64,000 nt of DNA from Eledone cirrhosa (lineage: Eukaryota): the NCBI GenBank assembly GCA_964016885.1, contig OZ024748.1:33604001-33668000 (forward strand), written 5' to 3'. A model generated the notes under the pieces. That model was not told the origin of the DNA and made no database searches. It was given only the letters and a program-made list of their open reading frames with translations. Positions 1-13,313 of this stretch are shown piece after piece. Within the stretch, counting starts at the first letter, position 1; each line of letters begins with the position of its first letter. A program made the position numbers and the translations under genes.

Positions 1-3000
1 GAGCATTCGCCTTTCCCGGAATGTATTTCTAACTGCAGTTGCACGTGCAGCGCAAACTGATGAACAATATTCTCGACGACGAAGCAAAAATGCGGCCTCC
101 ACTGTTGCAGCGCGTACTGGTGAGGATGAAGAACAGCGTTCCAGACGACGTGGAAGAGATGCCGCCTCAACTGCTGCGTCACGTGCTGGTGAGGACGAAG
201 GGCAGCGTTCCAGACGCCGCCGTACGGACGCCGCTTCAACCACTTCTGTGCGCGCGTCAGAGACTGCGCAAATTCGATTACACAGACTAAACGCCAATGC
301 ACTCCGCAGGAGTGCTCAACGAGGTTCTCCGAGGGTCAGTTGTACTCAGTGGTCTCATAAGGCTTTCCACTATGACCCAACAGTTAACTATGCACTGCTG
401 CCAGAAGTTCAGATTGGATCCATGTCCGTCATTTGCCAATCTTGCCGGGCAAAGAAATGACCTGGGGAGACTTCAGGGATGTGCTGCTCTGACGGCAAAT
501 TTTGCTGTTATAATCGACGCCGACAGGAAACCACTAGGTTCCCACGCCGGCCGTTTTAACGCTCCCATGTGCAATGAAATAGCTGTGCTTCTTCATGGAG
601 AACAGTACAACAAGCGGGATATCATACTTCAGTGTAGGGACAATAGTCTGCAACGGATCAGCGAGACGCATAGGTCCTACGACGCATTCCAATATCCCCT
701 TCTTTTCCCATTCGGTGATGACGGATACCACTTTGGAATTCCTTTGTGCAACAGCAACAAAACTGTTTCCTGTATGCAATTCTACGCCTACCGATTCATG
801 GTCCGCGAAGGCTGCTTTAACCACCTCCACCGTGCAAGAGTACTCTTCAACCAACTTGCTGTAGACACGTGCGCAAAGATGGAATCTGAAAGGCTGTGCT
901 ACATAAGGAACAATCAAGCACGCCTTCGTTCGGACAGCTACATTCACTTACGGGATGGAGTAAGGAATGACGTCGATCCCGAGAACCTAGGAAAACATTG
1001 TATCCTTCCGTCGACCTTCATTGGGAGTCCCCGATACATGAGTGAACGCACACAGGATGCTATGACTTACGTGCGTCTCTATGGCAGACCGGATCGCTTC
1101 ATCACTTTAACTTGCAGCCCTAAGTGGACTGAAATTACAGCGGAATTATTCCCCGGACAAAGAGCGGCAGACAGACACGACCTTACTACACGAGTACTTA
1201 CTACTTGAAATTGACAAAACTTATTGAACTCATACAATCAGGTAAGGCCTTTGGACCTGTTAGGTGCTACGTATACACCGTTGAGTGGCAAAAGAAAGGC
1301 CTGCCACACGCCCACCTACTCATTTGGCTAATAACGAAAATCAACGCAACCAGCATTGACAGCATTATTTCAGCAGAAATATCCAACCCGAAATTGGACA
1401 GAGAACTCCACAACATCGTCACTGCTCACATGGTTCACGGGCCATGCGGAAACGGTTTCAACATGAATTCGCCATGCATTAAAGAAAGAAGGTGCACCAA
1501 GAGGTATCCAAAGCCATTTCTCCGAGAAACTCAGACAGGTGGCGACGGTTACCCATTATACCGCCGCAGGGACCCAGCGGACGGAGTAATTGTTGCGAAA
1601 ACCCCACATCCCCACATCGACAACCGGTGGATTGTACCCTACTGCCCACTTCTGCTTAAAATGTTTAACGCCCACATTAACGTGGAAAACTGCCACTCCG
1701 TCAAATCAATAAAGTACGTCTGCAAGTACATCAATAAGGGGTTCATTGCTGCGTCCTTCGGTCTTACAATGGAGAACAGCCGAGATGAAATCACTCGATG
1801 CCAGGTCGGCCGATACATCAGCAGTAATGAAGAGTTCTGACGATTCTTCCACTTTGCAATACACCATAACTATCCCCCAATAAAATAGTTGGCGGTGCAC
1901 TTTGAAAACGGTCAAAGAGTCTACTTCACCGCCTCTACCGCTGCTGAGATAGCAGAGGAACCTAAGGACACCATACTTACGGCATTTTTTAAGTTATGCC
2001 GAAACGATGCCTTCGCCAAAACCCTCTTCTACTCTCAGGTGCCATCATACTACACTTGGAACACAGACAACAGCATTTGGTTAAGAAGGGTGAAAGGACA
2101 ACCTGTCGAGGGACATCCAGACATTAAAATCTCCCCTACCCTTGGGAGAGTGTACACAATTCATCCTAACCAACAGGAATGCTTTTATCTCCGCCTTCGA
2201 CTGCATGAGGTGGTAGGACCGATATCTTTCGACGATCTGAAAACAATCAACGGAGAGGTTTGTACTTCATTCCGCGCAGCCTGCCTTAGACGGGGTCTAC
2301 TGGAAGATGGCGCTCAGTGGGATGCAACATTGGCAGAGGCAGCTACAATACGCTCAGCGCGAAGTCTTTGGCAACTCTTTGCGGTGCTACTGCAGACATG
2401 CGAGCTAAGCGACCCTGTATCTTTAAGGGAGAAATACAAAGAGGACCTTTCCGAGGACTACATATATCAAGGACAACTGATACTCCCTCACTCAGACGTA
2501 CGACTCAGCGACGAATTCTTCAACAAAGCTCTCATTGACATCGAGGACAAAATGCTAATTCCGGCGGAAATGACCTTCCATTCTATGGACTTCCAAAAGT
2601 TCAGCGAACGGGCTCGGACAAACTTCCGACGGGCATTTTTCAGGAAACTGCCTACGACGTCGGCGCACTCGAACTGTTCATCAACGAAAACGAGCCAAAA
2701 TTGTTGCAGGACCAACGGTGGGCGTATGACACAGTTTGCACTTCCATTCGTCAACGCACAGGAGGTATCTTCCTTTTGGACGTCCCAGGAAGAACTGGTA
2801 AAACATTCGTCACTAAAATCCTCCTCGCCAAAGTGCGACAGCAAAAAGGAATCGCCCTGGCTGTGGCTTCTTCTGGGATTGCCGCAACTCTGCTGCCCGG
2901 AGGTAGGACAGCTCATTCCGCATTTAAACTACCATTCAACGCGACTTTAGACGACACAATAACCTGCAATATCACCAAGGACTCTGACAAAGCAGAAGTC

Positions 3001-4220
3001 TTGAAAAGATGCCAGTTAATTGTGTGGGACGAATGCACAATGGCCCATAAAGAGCCCGTTGAGGCGTTAGACAGGACCCTGCGAGACATCAGGGAATGGA
3101 ACCAGCTGATGGGAGGAGTACATCTACTGCTCTCTGGTGATTTTCGACAAACTCTTCCAATTGTTCCAAAAGCCACCAGGGCTGACACTGTGGGGGCTTG
3201 CATTAAGTCATCTCCCCTGTGGTAGGAGGTGACAATTCTGACCCTCACAACAAATATGAGAGCCCAACTGTTCGGCGGCCACTTATCAGCCGACTTCTCG
3301 AAGGACCTCTTAACAGTTGGTCGCGGCACTGCACCTTCAGATGCAGCTGGAGAAATGGCAGTCTCGCAAGTAAGCACCGTTGTCGACACTGTTGACGACC
3401 TCACAGCCTCTGTCTTTCCCGATATGGCCATCAACTACAAAAGCACGAGTTGGCTGTGCGATAGAGCCATATTAGCTCCAAATAATGTCTCTGTTGCAAA
3501 AATCAATGAGGACCTTCTGAAACGCATTCCTAGAAACCTCCATACCTACAAATCTGTAGACACAGTTGTGGACAAAGATGAGGTAGACGATTTTCCCACA
3601 GAATTCCTCAATTCCTTGGACCTCTCCGGACTGCCACCTCATGAACTGCGCCTCAAAGTTGGGACTCCAGTGATGCTGTTGAGGAACCTGGAACCACCGT
3701 GTCTCTGCAATGGAACACGGTTAGTGGTAAAAAACCTCCTGCCGCATGTAATTGAAGCCACAATTCTCACGGGCTGCGGCGCTGGAGAAAACGTTTTTAT
3801 ACCCATAATACCATTAACTCCATCAGGTAAGGAATGTCCTTGTACTCTGTGCCGACTTCAATAAACGGTTAAACTTTGCTTCGCGATGTCAATCAACAAA
3901 TCTCAAGGCCAAACGCTAACAACGGCAGGCCTCCATTTAGGACAGCCGTGCGTCTCACACGGCCAATTATACGTCGCATGCTCAAAAGTCGGATGCAAGC
4001 AGAACGTATTCATACTTTCGCCCAAAGGCAGAACAAAAAATGTGTTCTACATAGAGGTGTTGTGACTCCTCTATTCAGCACCACTGCAGTCTTGCCTGTG
4101 TGACATATGGTGAGTAGATGCTATTGTTGTATATTTTCAAACTTACACATATTTACTTACCCATGCCGTAGGAACACGTTTATTACCTAGCCGTAGGAAC
4201 ACGTGCAACCCTGTAGCTAG
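1..4220 (+). mobile_element. Helitron (rolling-circle transposon), decayed Rep/Helicase with 3' CTAG terminus
   Basis: The ORF chain 297-4065 carries Rep motifs (ILPSTFIGSPRYM, YGRPDRFITLTC, VEWQKKGLPHAHLL, DNRWIVPY, IKYVCKYINKG) and PIF1-like helicase motifs (GRTGKTF, GGRTAHSAF, WDECTM, GDFRQTLP, NGTRL, SINKSQGQT). It has multiple stops and frameshifts. It ends CTAG|T at 4217-4221. Confidence 0.95.
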
Positions 4221-4221
4221 T

Positions 4222-4662
4222 ACTAACTGTAATTGTAGGAATCGGGTTGACTGCCCCCTAATCAGGAAATGCCTCTCTAGTAACATTGTCTACAAATGTA
4301 AGGTTGAAGCACCCACGTCCCGTAGGGCCTACATAGGGTTAACCGACAATAGATTCAAGCAGCGTCTTTACATGCATACCCATTCTTTTCTTAAGCCTTT
4401 AAGAAGGAATATGACGTCACTTTCAGCTTATATCTGGAATCTAAAAGACAACCACACCCAATATAAGTTACACTGGGAGATCCTAGTTAAGGCTAGATCG
4501 TATAACGGAAATAAAAGACCATGTGATCTCTGCGCTGCTAAGGCCCTGGAAATACTCTACGCCAAAGACCACATCTTAAACAAAAAGTCTGAGGCAATTT
4601 TGGCTTATAAATATAAATTGCACAAAAACGTTCCTATATTACAGCCCCACATTATACCCTAA
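4222..4662 (+). pseudogene. Penelope-like element C-terminal GIY-YIG endonuclease fragment
   Basis: The frame from 4222 reads TNCNCRNRVDCPL...NIVYKC...AYIGLT...FKQRLYMH...LSAYIW...CDLC. It is homologous to the endonuclease at 36050-36481. Confidence 0.9.
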
Positions 4663-5341
4663 CGGATAGTACGAACTATACGCGGATATTTTACGTCTTG
4701 ATGTGGTAGCTAAGTATATGTTATGTTTATACCATTGGTATAGGTAAGTATATTTTACCTGTATGTTTTGTGAAGGTACGTATACTTTCTCGTACCTATA
4801 TTTGCTTGTATATGTTATGTCGTATATATTATATATACTGGTACATGTGCATATGGTTATGCGTATACGTGAGTTTTGCGTCTGCGTGAATATGCGGGTT
4901 CGTACGTATGTAGGGTGTGTGTATATGTGTACTTTGTGTTTTGGTTGACGTACGTCCGCGTACATACGTGTATTTACAGGTGGTATGTGTGTGAGCGCGT
5001 TTATACTTAGTTATGTGTGTATATTTCTATACGTTTATATAATTATATGTATACACGCACGCCCACATATATATATATATATATATATTTTATATATTTT
5101 TTTTTGTGTATTTTGTGTATACATTCGTAGTGTGCGGGTACAGGCGTTGCGTCGTGTCTGTATGTGCGTGCGTGTGTGTTTTTTTTTGTACGTGCTTGTA
5201 TTGGCATACCCATTGAGGGTGTTTTCGCGTATGCTTGTGTATGTACGTATATGGTTGCGTGTATGTATATATTTAATTTCAATTACCTCTGTAATTTATT
5301 TACTTTATTCTTAACTCTGAAGCCGGGAATCATTCGGTTTC

Positions 5342-5622
5342 CTAATAGAATTTTAGTCTACGAGTTCAGTTATACCATATACGTGGTTTTGTCTTTGCGT
5401 GTACTTGTTCTTAATGGTCCACATAATGACGTATTATCTTTGTTTTTCCCGTTCATTGCCAGAGAACGTCTCCACGAACCATCTAATAGAATATTAGTCT
5501 ACGACTTCATTTATACCATAAACGTGGTTCTGCTTTGCGTGTAATTGTTTTCACCGCTCCAAATTATGACGTATTATCTTTGACTTTATCCGTTCTTTGC
5601 CAGGGAACGTTTCTACGAACCA
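5342..5622. repeat. ~140-bp diverged direct tandem duplication in the PLE 3' region
   Basis: ctaatagaa..ttagtctacga...gacgtattatctttg...cgaacca occurs at 5342-5480 and 5483-5622. Confidence 0.8.
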
Positions 5623-5696
5623 AAGTATCGTCTTCCTGTCTCCCTTCGGTTGCAACGTTTTTCGAAATATTTACTTCTGCGTTCACAGATGGATTT

Positions 5697-5750
5697 TTTA
5701 GTTTCAGAAGATCCCGTTAAGGGTGAAAGCAGCGATTCTTTGCTTAAACT
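5697..5750 (+). ncRNA. Degenerate hammerhead-like motif (second copy at ~37508-37560)
   Basis: agttt cAgaaga tccc-gttaa-gggt gaaa gca...tgc tt aaact. Hammerhead topology, but the core reads CAGAAGA instead of CUGANGA in both copies. Followed by AATAAA. Confidence 0.35.
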
Positions 5751-5857
5751 TTAATCTGTTATTTTAATAAATATTTGCTCTACGGTTCTTATATATTTGA
5801 TATATATTTATCCTTATCGAGTCCTCTTTCGATTTTGGTCTTCAAATTTATTATTAT

Positions 5858-6278
<421 letters not shown>

Positions 6279-6463
6279 TTACATTTAAGTAAGTGACGTA
6301 CTAAGAGTGAGAAATGAAATTTCGTTTCATTCTATTCTATTTATCGTTTTCGGTGCGCCGGGTCGACTAAACTCACTTGATATGCAAATTAGGCTGTTCA
6401 GCCGTTAATATGCATAAGGAAAGTATATACTTTCAGACGTTCAACCATCTGGCAGGAAGGTAT

Positions 6464-6506
6464 ACGATGCTGACGATAGCTAATAAGCTTGAAACTAGTA
6501 TATAGT
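6464..6506 (+). ncRNA. Minimal type I hammerhead ribozyme, family A
   Basis: acgatg CTGACGA tagct-aata-agctt GAAA ctag TA tatagt. The core is intact, stem III is the palindrome CTAG, the cleavage triplet is GUA, and stem I is imperfect in this copy. Confidence 0.8.
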
Positions 6507-6829
6507 TCCTGTGTCAGTGTTGAACAAAAAGGTGACGTGGTTGCCTAAACACTGTACGGCGTAATTCGGGCTGTTTATTTGTTTACAAACAAACAAACCG
6601 AGAATTATAATAAATGTTCGGTAAACCGATACGTGCATATATATATATATATGTGTGCATTTATGTATATATATACATACTACTGTCCGTCTGTATACAT
6701 ATATGTATGTACGCATACATACATTTAAGTAACTGCCGTACTAAGAGTGAGAAATGAAATTTCGTTTCATTCTATTCCATTTATATATATATCAACCTGA
6801 ACTGTTGACCTTTCAACATGACTGCAATT

Positions 6830-7358
6830 CACACACACATCCCTACTGACCATTATCACAACAATGAACCTCTTTACTACACACACACACACACACATAT
6901 TTGTCTTAAAAGACTTATTTTTCAGTGACTTCTCAATCAGGCGAAAAAGATACTCTTCGACAAACCTACATTTGGCGCAAAATCAATTTTTAACATTCAC
7001 GTGACCTCTACCGGCCAATCAAAATTGTTTTGACTACAAGAATTTTTGCAACACGAATTGGCGCGAAACTTATAGTACTCATTCACGTGACATTCAACAA
7101 CCAACCAAATCTTAATACCTCTGGAGCCACTTTTTTCACATAAAACAGGTAGAATTTCCAAAACTGATCAGATTAGAGCAAACATCACGGGTGCTCTATC
7201 TCAAAATTATTTCTGAAAAGCATTAGAAATGCGCAACCGGTAAAAACTTAAAACTAAAACTGAATACTAACCAATACTTATTACTAATTTTTACTTATTC
7301 CTAATTAAACTATTTTTCACTGGGAACAAATTGTCAGCATTTTCTTTTCCTTTTACTA

Positions 7359-7399
<41 letters not shown>

Positions 7400-7808
7400 T
7401 ACATTATACAAGATACATTCAACTATCAGTTTGACAACCCCCTTCCTTCCTAATAGATTTTTATACCATTTCTACTAACACCTTTCAACCATTCCTTTCA
7501 AAGGGTCATGACCTCAACTAAAGTGTATTACTTTTCATCTTAACACCATAAGAAAAAAACAATTTGTTTCGTTAGTTCTTCAACTACCTCCAAATATGGA
7601 CATGAAACTAATTCTGAGTAAAATTATTATTGCTTTTGAAAACAGCTGGTGATATGCATGTAAGTAAATATTCTCTCTATCTGATAGTTTGTAAACTTAC
7701 ATAGATTATTAGCTGAGTATAGATACAATGTATTATCACCATCTAGAAACGATTGTAAAGCAGTGAAGTATATCTCTAATGACTTAATTTTTTATTTCAT
7801 TGTTTTAA

Positions 7809-7880
<72 letters not shown>

Positions 7881-8480
7881 AAAGAATAGAGGTGTAACAC
7901 ACAAGTTATTATATATTGGTAAACGGAATAGAAAATGCTGACAAATTGTTCACAGTTGAAAAATGGTTTAATTAGGAATAAAAGAGTATTAGTGATTGTA
8001 TGGGTTAGTATTCAGTTGTGGTTTTAAGTTTTTAAGTTTTTACCGGTTGCGCATTTCTAAATGCTTTTCAAAAATAATTTTGAGATAGAGTGTCCGTGTT
8101 GTTTGCTCTGATCTGATTAGTTTTGGGAATTCTACCTGTTTTTATGTTAAAAAAGTGGCTCCAGCGTTACTTTGGTGTTGCAAAAATTCTTGTGGTCAAA
8201 ACAATTTTGATTGGTCGGTAGAGGTCATGTGAATGTAAAAAATTGATTTTGCGCCAAGACTCTTTTCATGTTAAAAAAGTGGCTCCAGCGCTACTTGGTG
8301 TTTGCAAAGATTCTTGTGGTCAAAACAATTTTGATTGGTCGGTAGAGGTCATGTGAATAAAAAATTGGTTTTGCGCCAAGATTGAGAAATGACTCTTTCA
8401 CAACAAATATGTGTGTGTGTGTGTGTGTAGTAGTAGTAAGGTGTTCGATGTTGTGATAATGGTTAGCAGGGATGTGTGTC
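6830..8480. repeat. Diverged inverted repeat (6830-7360 vs 7910-8480), PLE 3'/pLTR-like sequence
   Basis: ctggagccacttttt / aaaaagtggctccag, gaaatgcgcaaccggtaaaaac / gtttttaccggttgcgcatttc and cattatcacaaca / tgttgtgataatg occur in opposite orientations. Confidence 0.8.
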
Positions 8481-8706
8481 AAATGGCTATTAAGATAAGT
8501 GTGTGCGTGTGTGTGTGTGTGTGTGTATATAGCAGAGTAATTCGTGGTAGCAGGGATGGTCAGTAAGAATGTGTCTGAAAGCAATGGGGGGTATTTTAGC
8601 ATGTCAAAAGATATTTTTCAGCTTTTGTCTTATACGGAGAAGTGCGCGTGTGTGTGTGTGTGTGTGTATAAGTCTCTTTGTATGTTAATGTACGCGTGTG
8701 TATGTG

Positions 8707-8761
<55 letters not shown>

Positions 8762-8909
8762 GTGGACCAGTATTTTTTCCCCCTGGTAAAATGGTGTACA
8801 TTATTCGATTTTTTCAGTAAAATCGGTTCTCTTAATAGAACATTAAAAATCTTAACAATAAAAGGTGTGAAATGATATTCACTATATATATATATACACA
8901 TACATATAT

Positions 8910-8993
<84 letters not shown>

Positions 8994-9151
8994 CACATAT
9001 ATATATATATACATACATATATATACACATATATTTTTTTGTGTTGCACCATAGAGCATGTGTGTTCACGTATGTCATTGTGTTTATATGTGGGTAGAGA
9101 TGTGTGCTGATGTAGGTATGTATGTTGACGTGTGTATGTTGTGGGTTCGTC

Positions 9152-11007
9152 TTAGGGAGAAGTGTTTAGACGGGGTCCGTATTTGTTAATGAAGTAAGAT
9201 TCCCTGCCGATGCGCTGGGTGTGGGTGGCATTATCTTTAAATTTGTAGAGAGGAAAGATTCTGAAGTTGGGATGATTTTGGGCGGGACAGGTATCAATGT
9301 GTTCACTCAGTGGTATTTTCCTGTATTCCCGTATTTTAATTTGGGATCTATGGACAGTCATGCGTTGGCGGAGGCTGTTTTTGGTCTGGCCTATGTATTG
9401 TTCTCGACAACCTGAGCAAGGTAATACATATATTAGATTTTCCGATGCACATGTGAAATTGTGTTTTACTATAAAACGTTGTCCATCTTTGAAATAGAAT
9501 TCCGAACCCTCTATTAGGTTGATGCAAATGCCACAGTTGGGTCTATCGCATTTTTTTACTGTGGGTTTCGTTGTTGTGGTTGGCAGTACTTTGGCATGTG
9601 TTAGGATGTTTTTCATTGACTTGGATTGTCTTTTGCTCTTTATGATATCGTGTGTTCGTAGAATTTGGTTCATTCTATGGTCCTTTTTCAACACAGGGAT
9701 GTTCTGGAGGATGGTGTCAAAGGCCTCATTGTTGAGGGGGTTGTGTGTGGAGATGTATGGAAGAGCTTTTAGTTTCGGTTGATTTACTTTAGGGTGTCTA
9801 AGATCCTGGGTACTGAGTTTTAGGGCACGTTGGATTCCATTGTCAATTAATGATGCAGGGTAGTCCCTGCCTATGAGTGTGTCCTTTAGTTCTTGTAGCC
9901 GTAAGTGGCAGATGTTTTTATTGGAGACTATAGTACAGATTCTCTTGGCTAAGTTGTAGGGAATATTAATTTTAACGTGTCTAGGGTTGCAAGAGTTGAA
10001 GGGTGGAGTCTGTGGGCTTGTAGTATATGTCTGTTTCTATTTTTTTGTTATGGATCTTAATGAGGATGTCGAGGAAGGGGAGTTGTTGATGGCTGTATTC
10101 CATCGTGAAGTTAATATTCGTGTTGAGCCCATTTATAAGGGTGTGAAATTCTTTAAGTTTTTCGATGTTTTCGTGCCAAAGGATGAAGCAGTCATCTAGA
10201 TATCGCTTCCAGTTCCTTTCAATGTGTAAGTGAAGGGTGTTTCCAAATTTGTTTAGGACTTTAGTGTAGAGGGTGATTTCCAGGTATCCCATGACTAGGT
10301 TGGCATAAGTGGGGGCTGTTTTCGTTCCCATAGCGGTCCCAGATTTCTGCCTGTAGGGTTTGTTATTGAAAACGAAGTAATTGTTCTCCAAGATAAATTT
10401 GAGTCCCTCTATCACGAATTCTTTTTTGATGCGTTGTGGGAGTTCATTGTGGAAATTATCCAGCCAGAATTGGATAGCTTCTATTCCTAGGTTGTGGGGG
10501 ATGTTGGAGTATAGGTTGACTACATCGAACGTCACTAGTAGGGTTTGTTCAGAAAGTGGCATATTAGGGAGGTGATTGAGCATATCTAGGTCGTCCCTTA
10601 TATAGCTTTTGATGTGTTTGAGGAAGGGTTTGAGAAGGGTATCAATGAAGTTGCTAAGACGGTGCGTTTCGCAAGCGGGCCTGCTATTATAGGTCTTAAT
10701 TTGAGATCATTGGGTGAGGGGACATTGATGACTATGTCTGTGGCTTCCTTGCATGCCTTACTTATTGATTCGCTTTTATGTACTTTAGGGATACCGTAGA
10801 AAAGGCTGGATTTACTTGTGAAGTCTGTGATGAAGCTGAATTCCTTGTTAGTGAGTCCTTCTTTGTATTGGTTGATTAGAGTTTTTAGGTTTCTCATAAT
10901 TTTCTGTTGATTGTAGTGTTCAGCCTTTTCGTAGTATGTTTCGTTTTCCAAAGTGGAGAGCGCTAAGTTGATATAGAATTCTGTCTCCATTAGGACTACT
11001 GTACTCC

Positions 11008-11010
<3 letters not shown>
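9152..11010 (-). mobile_element. Penelope-like element (RT + GIY-YIG, Neptune-type), 5'-truncated at (TA)n
   Basis: FYGIPKVHK, LRPII, FDVVNLYSNI, GTAMGTKTAP, WKRYLDD, LPFLD, then CDRPNCGIC and NLIYVLPCSGCREQYIGQT. Frameshifted. Confidence 0.93.
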
Positions 11011-11094
<84 letters not shown>

Positions 11095-11096
<2 letters not shown>

Positions 11097-11404
11097 AGTA
11101 TGTATGTATACGTAAATACATATATGTATACAGACGTACAGTAGTATGTATATATATACACACATATATATATGCACGTATCGGTTTACCGAACATTTAT
11201 TATAATGCTCGGTTTGTTTGTAAACAAACAAACAGCCCGAATTACGCCGTACAGTGTTTAGGCAACCACGTCACCTTTTTGTTCAACACTGACACAGGAA
11301 CGATGTACTAGTTTCAAGCTTATTAGCTATCGTCACCATCGTATACCTTCCTGCCAGATGGTTGAACGTCTGAAAGTATATACTTTCCTTATGCATATTA
11401 ACGG
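11095..11404 (-). repeat. Second copy of the hammerhead-bearing family A element (inverse of ~6402-6720)
   Basis: High-identity reverse complement of 6402-6720. It abuts a (TA)n tract. Confidence 0.9.
11300..11342 (-). ncRNA. Minimal type I hammerhead ribozyme, family A (core C->G)
   Basis: The minus strand reads acgatg GTGACGA tagctaataagctt GAAA ctag TA catcgt. Stem I is a perfect 6 bp; the first core base is mutated. Confidence 0.75.
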
Positions 11405-11605
11405 CCTAGTGGTAAGAGTCTTGGACTTACAATCATAATTTCACGTTCCTCCAGTATACTCAAATAGAAATGAGTACCACCAATAGCTGCGATGGACTGG
11501 CGTCCTGTCCTGGGGGGAGTCTTGTACTCTCAGTCACTTCACGCCATGAAACTGGGATAAACACCGGCCAAATGAACCTTCTTGCTTAAGACAGACTTTA
11601 GACTT
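11403..11605 (+). mobile_element. SINE-like element (tRNA-like head, V-domain-like core)
   Basis: ggcctagtggtaagag A-box-like start, followed by aaatgagtacc and gctgcgatggactggcgtcctgtcc. Confidence 0.55.
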
Positions 11606-11936
11606 TATATATATGACTAGAGGGTTATATATATACATATGCGTGTGTGTATGTGTGTGACTAAACCGCAGAATATGGTCTTTGTTGTCGTAAGACAATA
11701 GAGGCACTCTGTAAACCAGCACAGCTGGGGATTATCCTCCTTGACTGCTAAACGACAGCCAAGAAGGACAATGGGTAGGTTCTCACTCCACCACTGCTGG
11801 TCAGGATAAGCAGGCAAGGGGGCCTTTATTGGTAGTGTAAGCGTTCTACCATATCGTTGGAAGCTGGATGGTAGCTGGCAATCCAAATGTGCTGTACTCC
11901 TAAAATCTTTGAAAGCTCCAGGAAAAGATGAGACTC

Positions 11937-13313
11937 GGTGGTGACAGTGGTAGGAACACCGTAACATGATATCCAACCACTGTCCACCATGGTCAGTGGT
12001 GACAGTGGTAGGAACACCGTAACACGATATCCAACCACTGTCCACCATGGTCAGTGGTGACAGTGGTAGGAACACCGTAACATGATATCCAACCACTGTC
12101 CACCATGGTCAGTGGTGACAGTGGTAGGAACACCGTAACATGATATCCAACCACTGTCCACCATGGTCAGTGGTGACAGTGGTAGGAACACCGTAACATT
12201 ATATCCAACCACTGTCCACCATGGTCAGTGGTGACAGTGGTAGGAACACCGTAACATGATATCCAACCACTGTCCACCATAGTTGGTGGTGACAGTGGTA
12301 GGAACACCGTAACATGATATCCAACCACTGTCCACCATGGTCAGTGGTGACAGTGGTAGGAACACCGTAACATGATATCCAACCACTGTCCACCATGGTC
12401 AGTGGTGACAGTGGTAGGAACACCGTAACATGATATCCAACCACTGTCCACCATGGTCAGTGGTGACAGTGGTAGGAACACCGTAACACGATATCCAACC
12501 ACTGTCCACCATGGTCAGTGGTGACAGTGGTAGGAACACCGTAACACGATATCCAACCACTGTCCACCATGGTCAGTGGTGACAGTGGTAGGAACACCGT
12601 AACATGATATCCAACCACTGTCCACCATGGTCAGTGGTGGACAGTGGTAGGAACACCGTAACATGATATCCAACCACTGTCCACCATGGTCAGTGGTGAC
12701 AGTGGTAGGAACACCGTAACATGATATCCAACCACTGTCCACCATGGTCAGTGGTGACAGTGGTAGGAACACCGTAACACGATATCCAACCACTGTCCAC
12801 CATGGTCAGTGGTGACAGTGGTAGGAACACCGTAACATGATATCCAACCACTGTCCACCATGGTCAGTGGTGGACAGTGGTAGGAACACCGTAACATGAT
12901 ATCCAACCACTGTCCACCATGGTCAGTGGTGACAGTGGTAGGAACACCGTAACATGATATCCAACCACTGTCCACCATGGTCAGTGGTGACAGTGGTAGG
13001 AACACCGTAACACGATATCCAACCACTGTCCACCATGGTCAGTGGTGACAGTGGTAGGAACACCGTAACACGATATCCAACCACTGTCCACCATGGTCAG
13101 TGGTGACAGTGGTAGGAACACCGTAACATGATATCCAACCACTGTCCACCATGGTCAGTGGTGACAGTGGTAGGAACACCGTAACACGATATCCAACCAC
13201 TGTCCACCATGGTCAGTGGTGACAGTGGTAGGAACACCGTAACATGATATCCAACCACTGTCTACCATAGTTGGTGGTGACAGTGGTAGGAACACCGTAA
13301 CACGATATCCAAC
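11937..13313. repeat. 58-bp tandem minisatellite (~24 copies) derived from the Gypsy integrase core
   Basis: Unit ggtcagtggtgacagtggtaggaacaccgtaacatgatatccaaccactgtccaccat. The minus strand encodes GWISCYGVPTTVTTDHGGQ. Confidence 0.95.

Noticed and set aside
6382-6390. Octamer ATGCAAAT as an snRNA-type promoter element
   Set aside because: A single 8-mer with no recognisable PSE or snRNA; insufficient evidence.
11937-13313. CRISPR-like regular array
   Set aside because: Units are head-to-tail with no unique spacers, derive from integrase sequence, and there are no cas genes; the context is eukaryotic.
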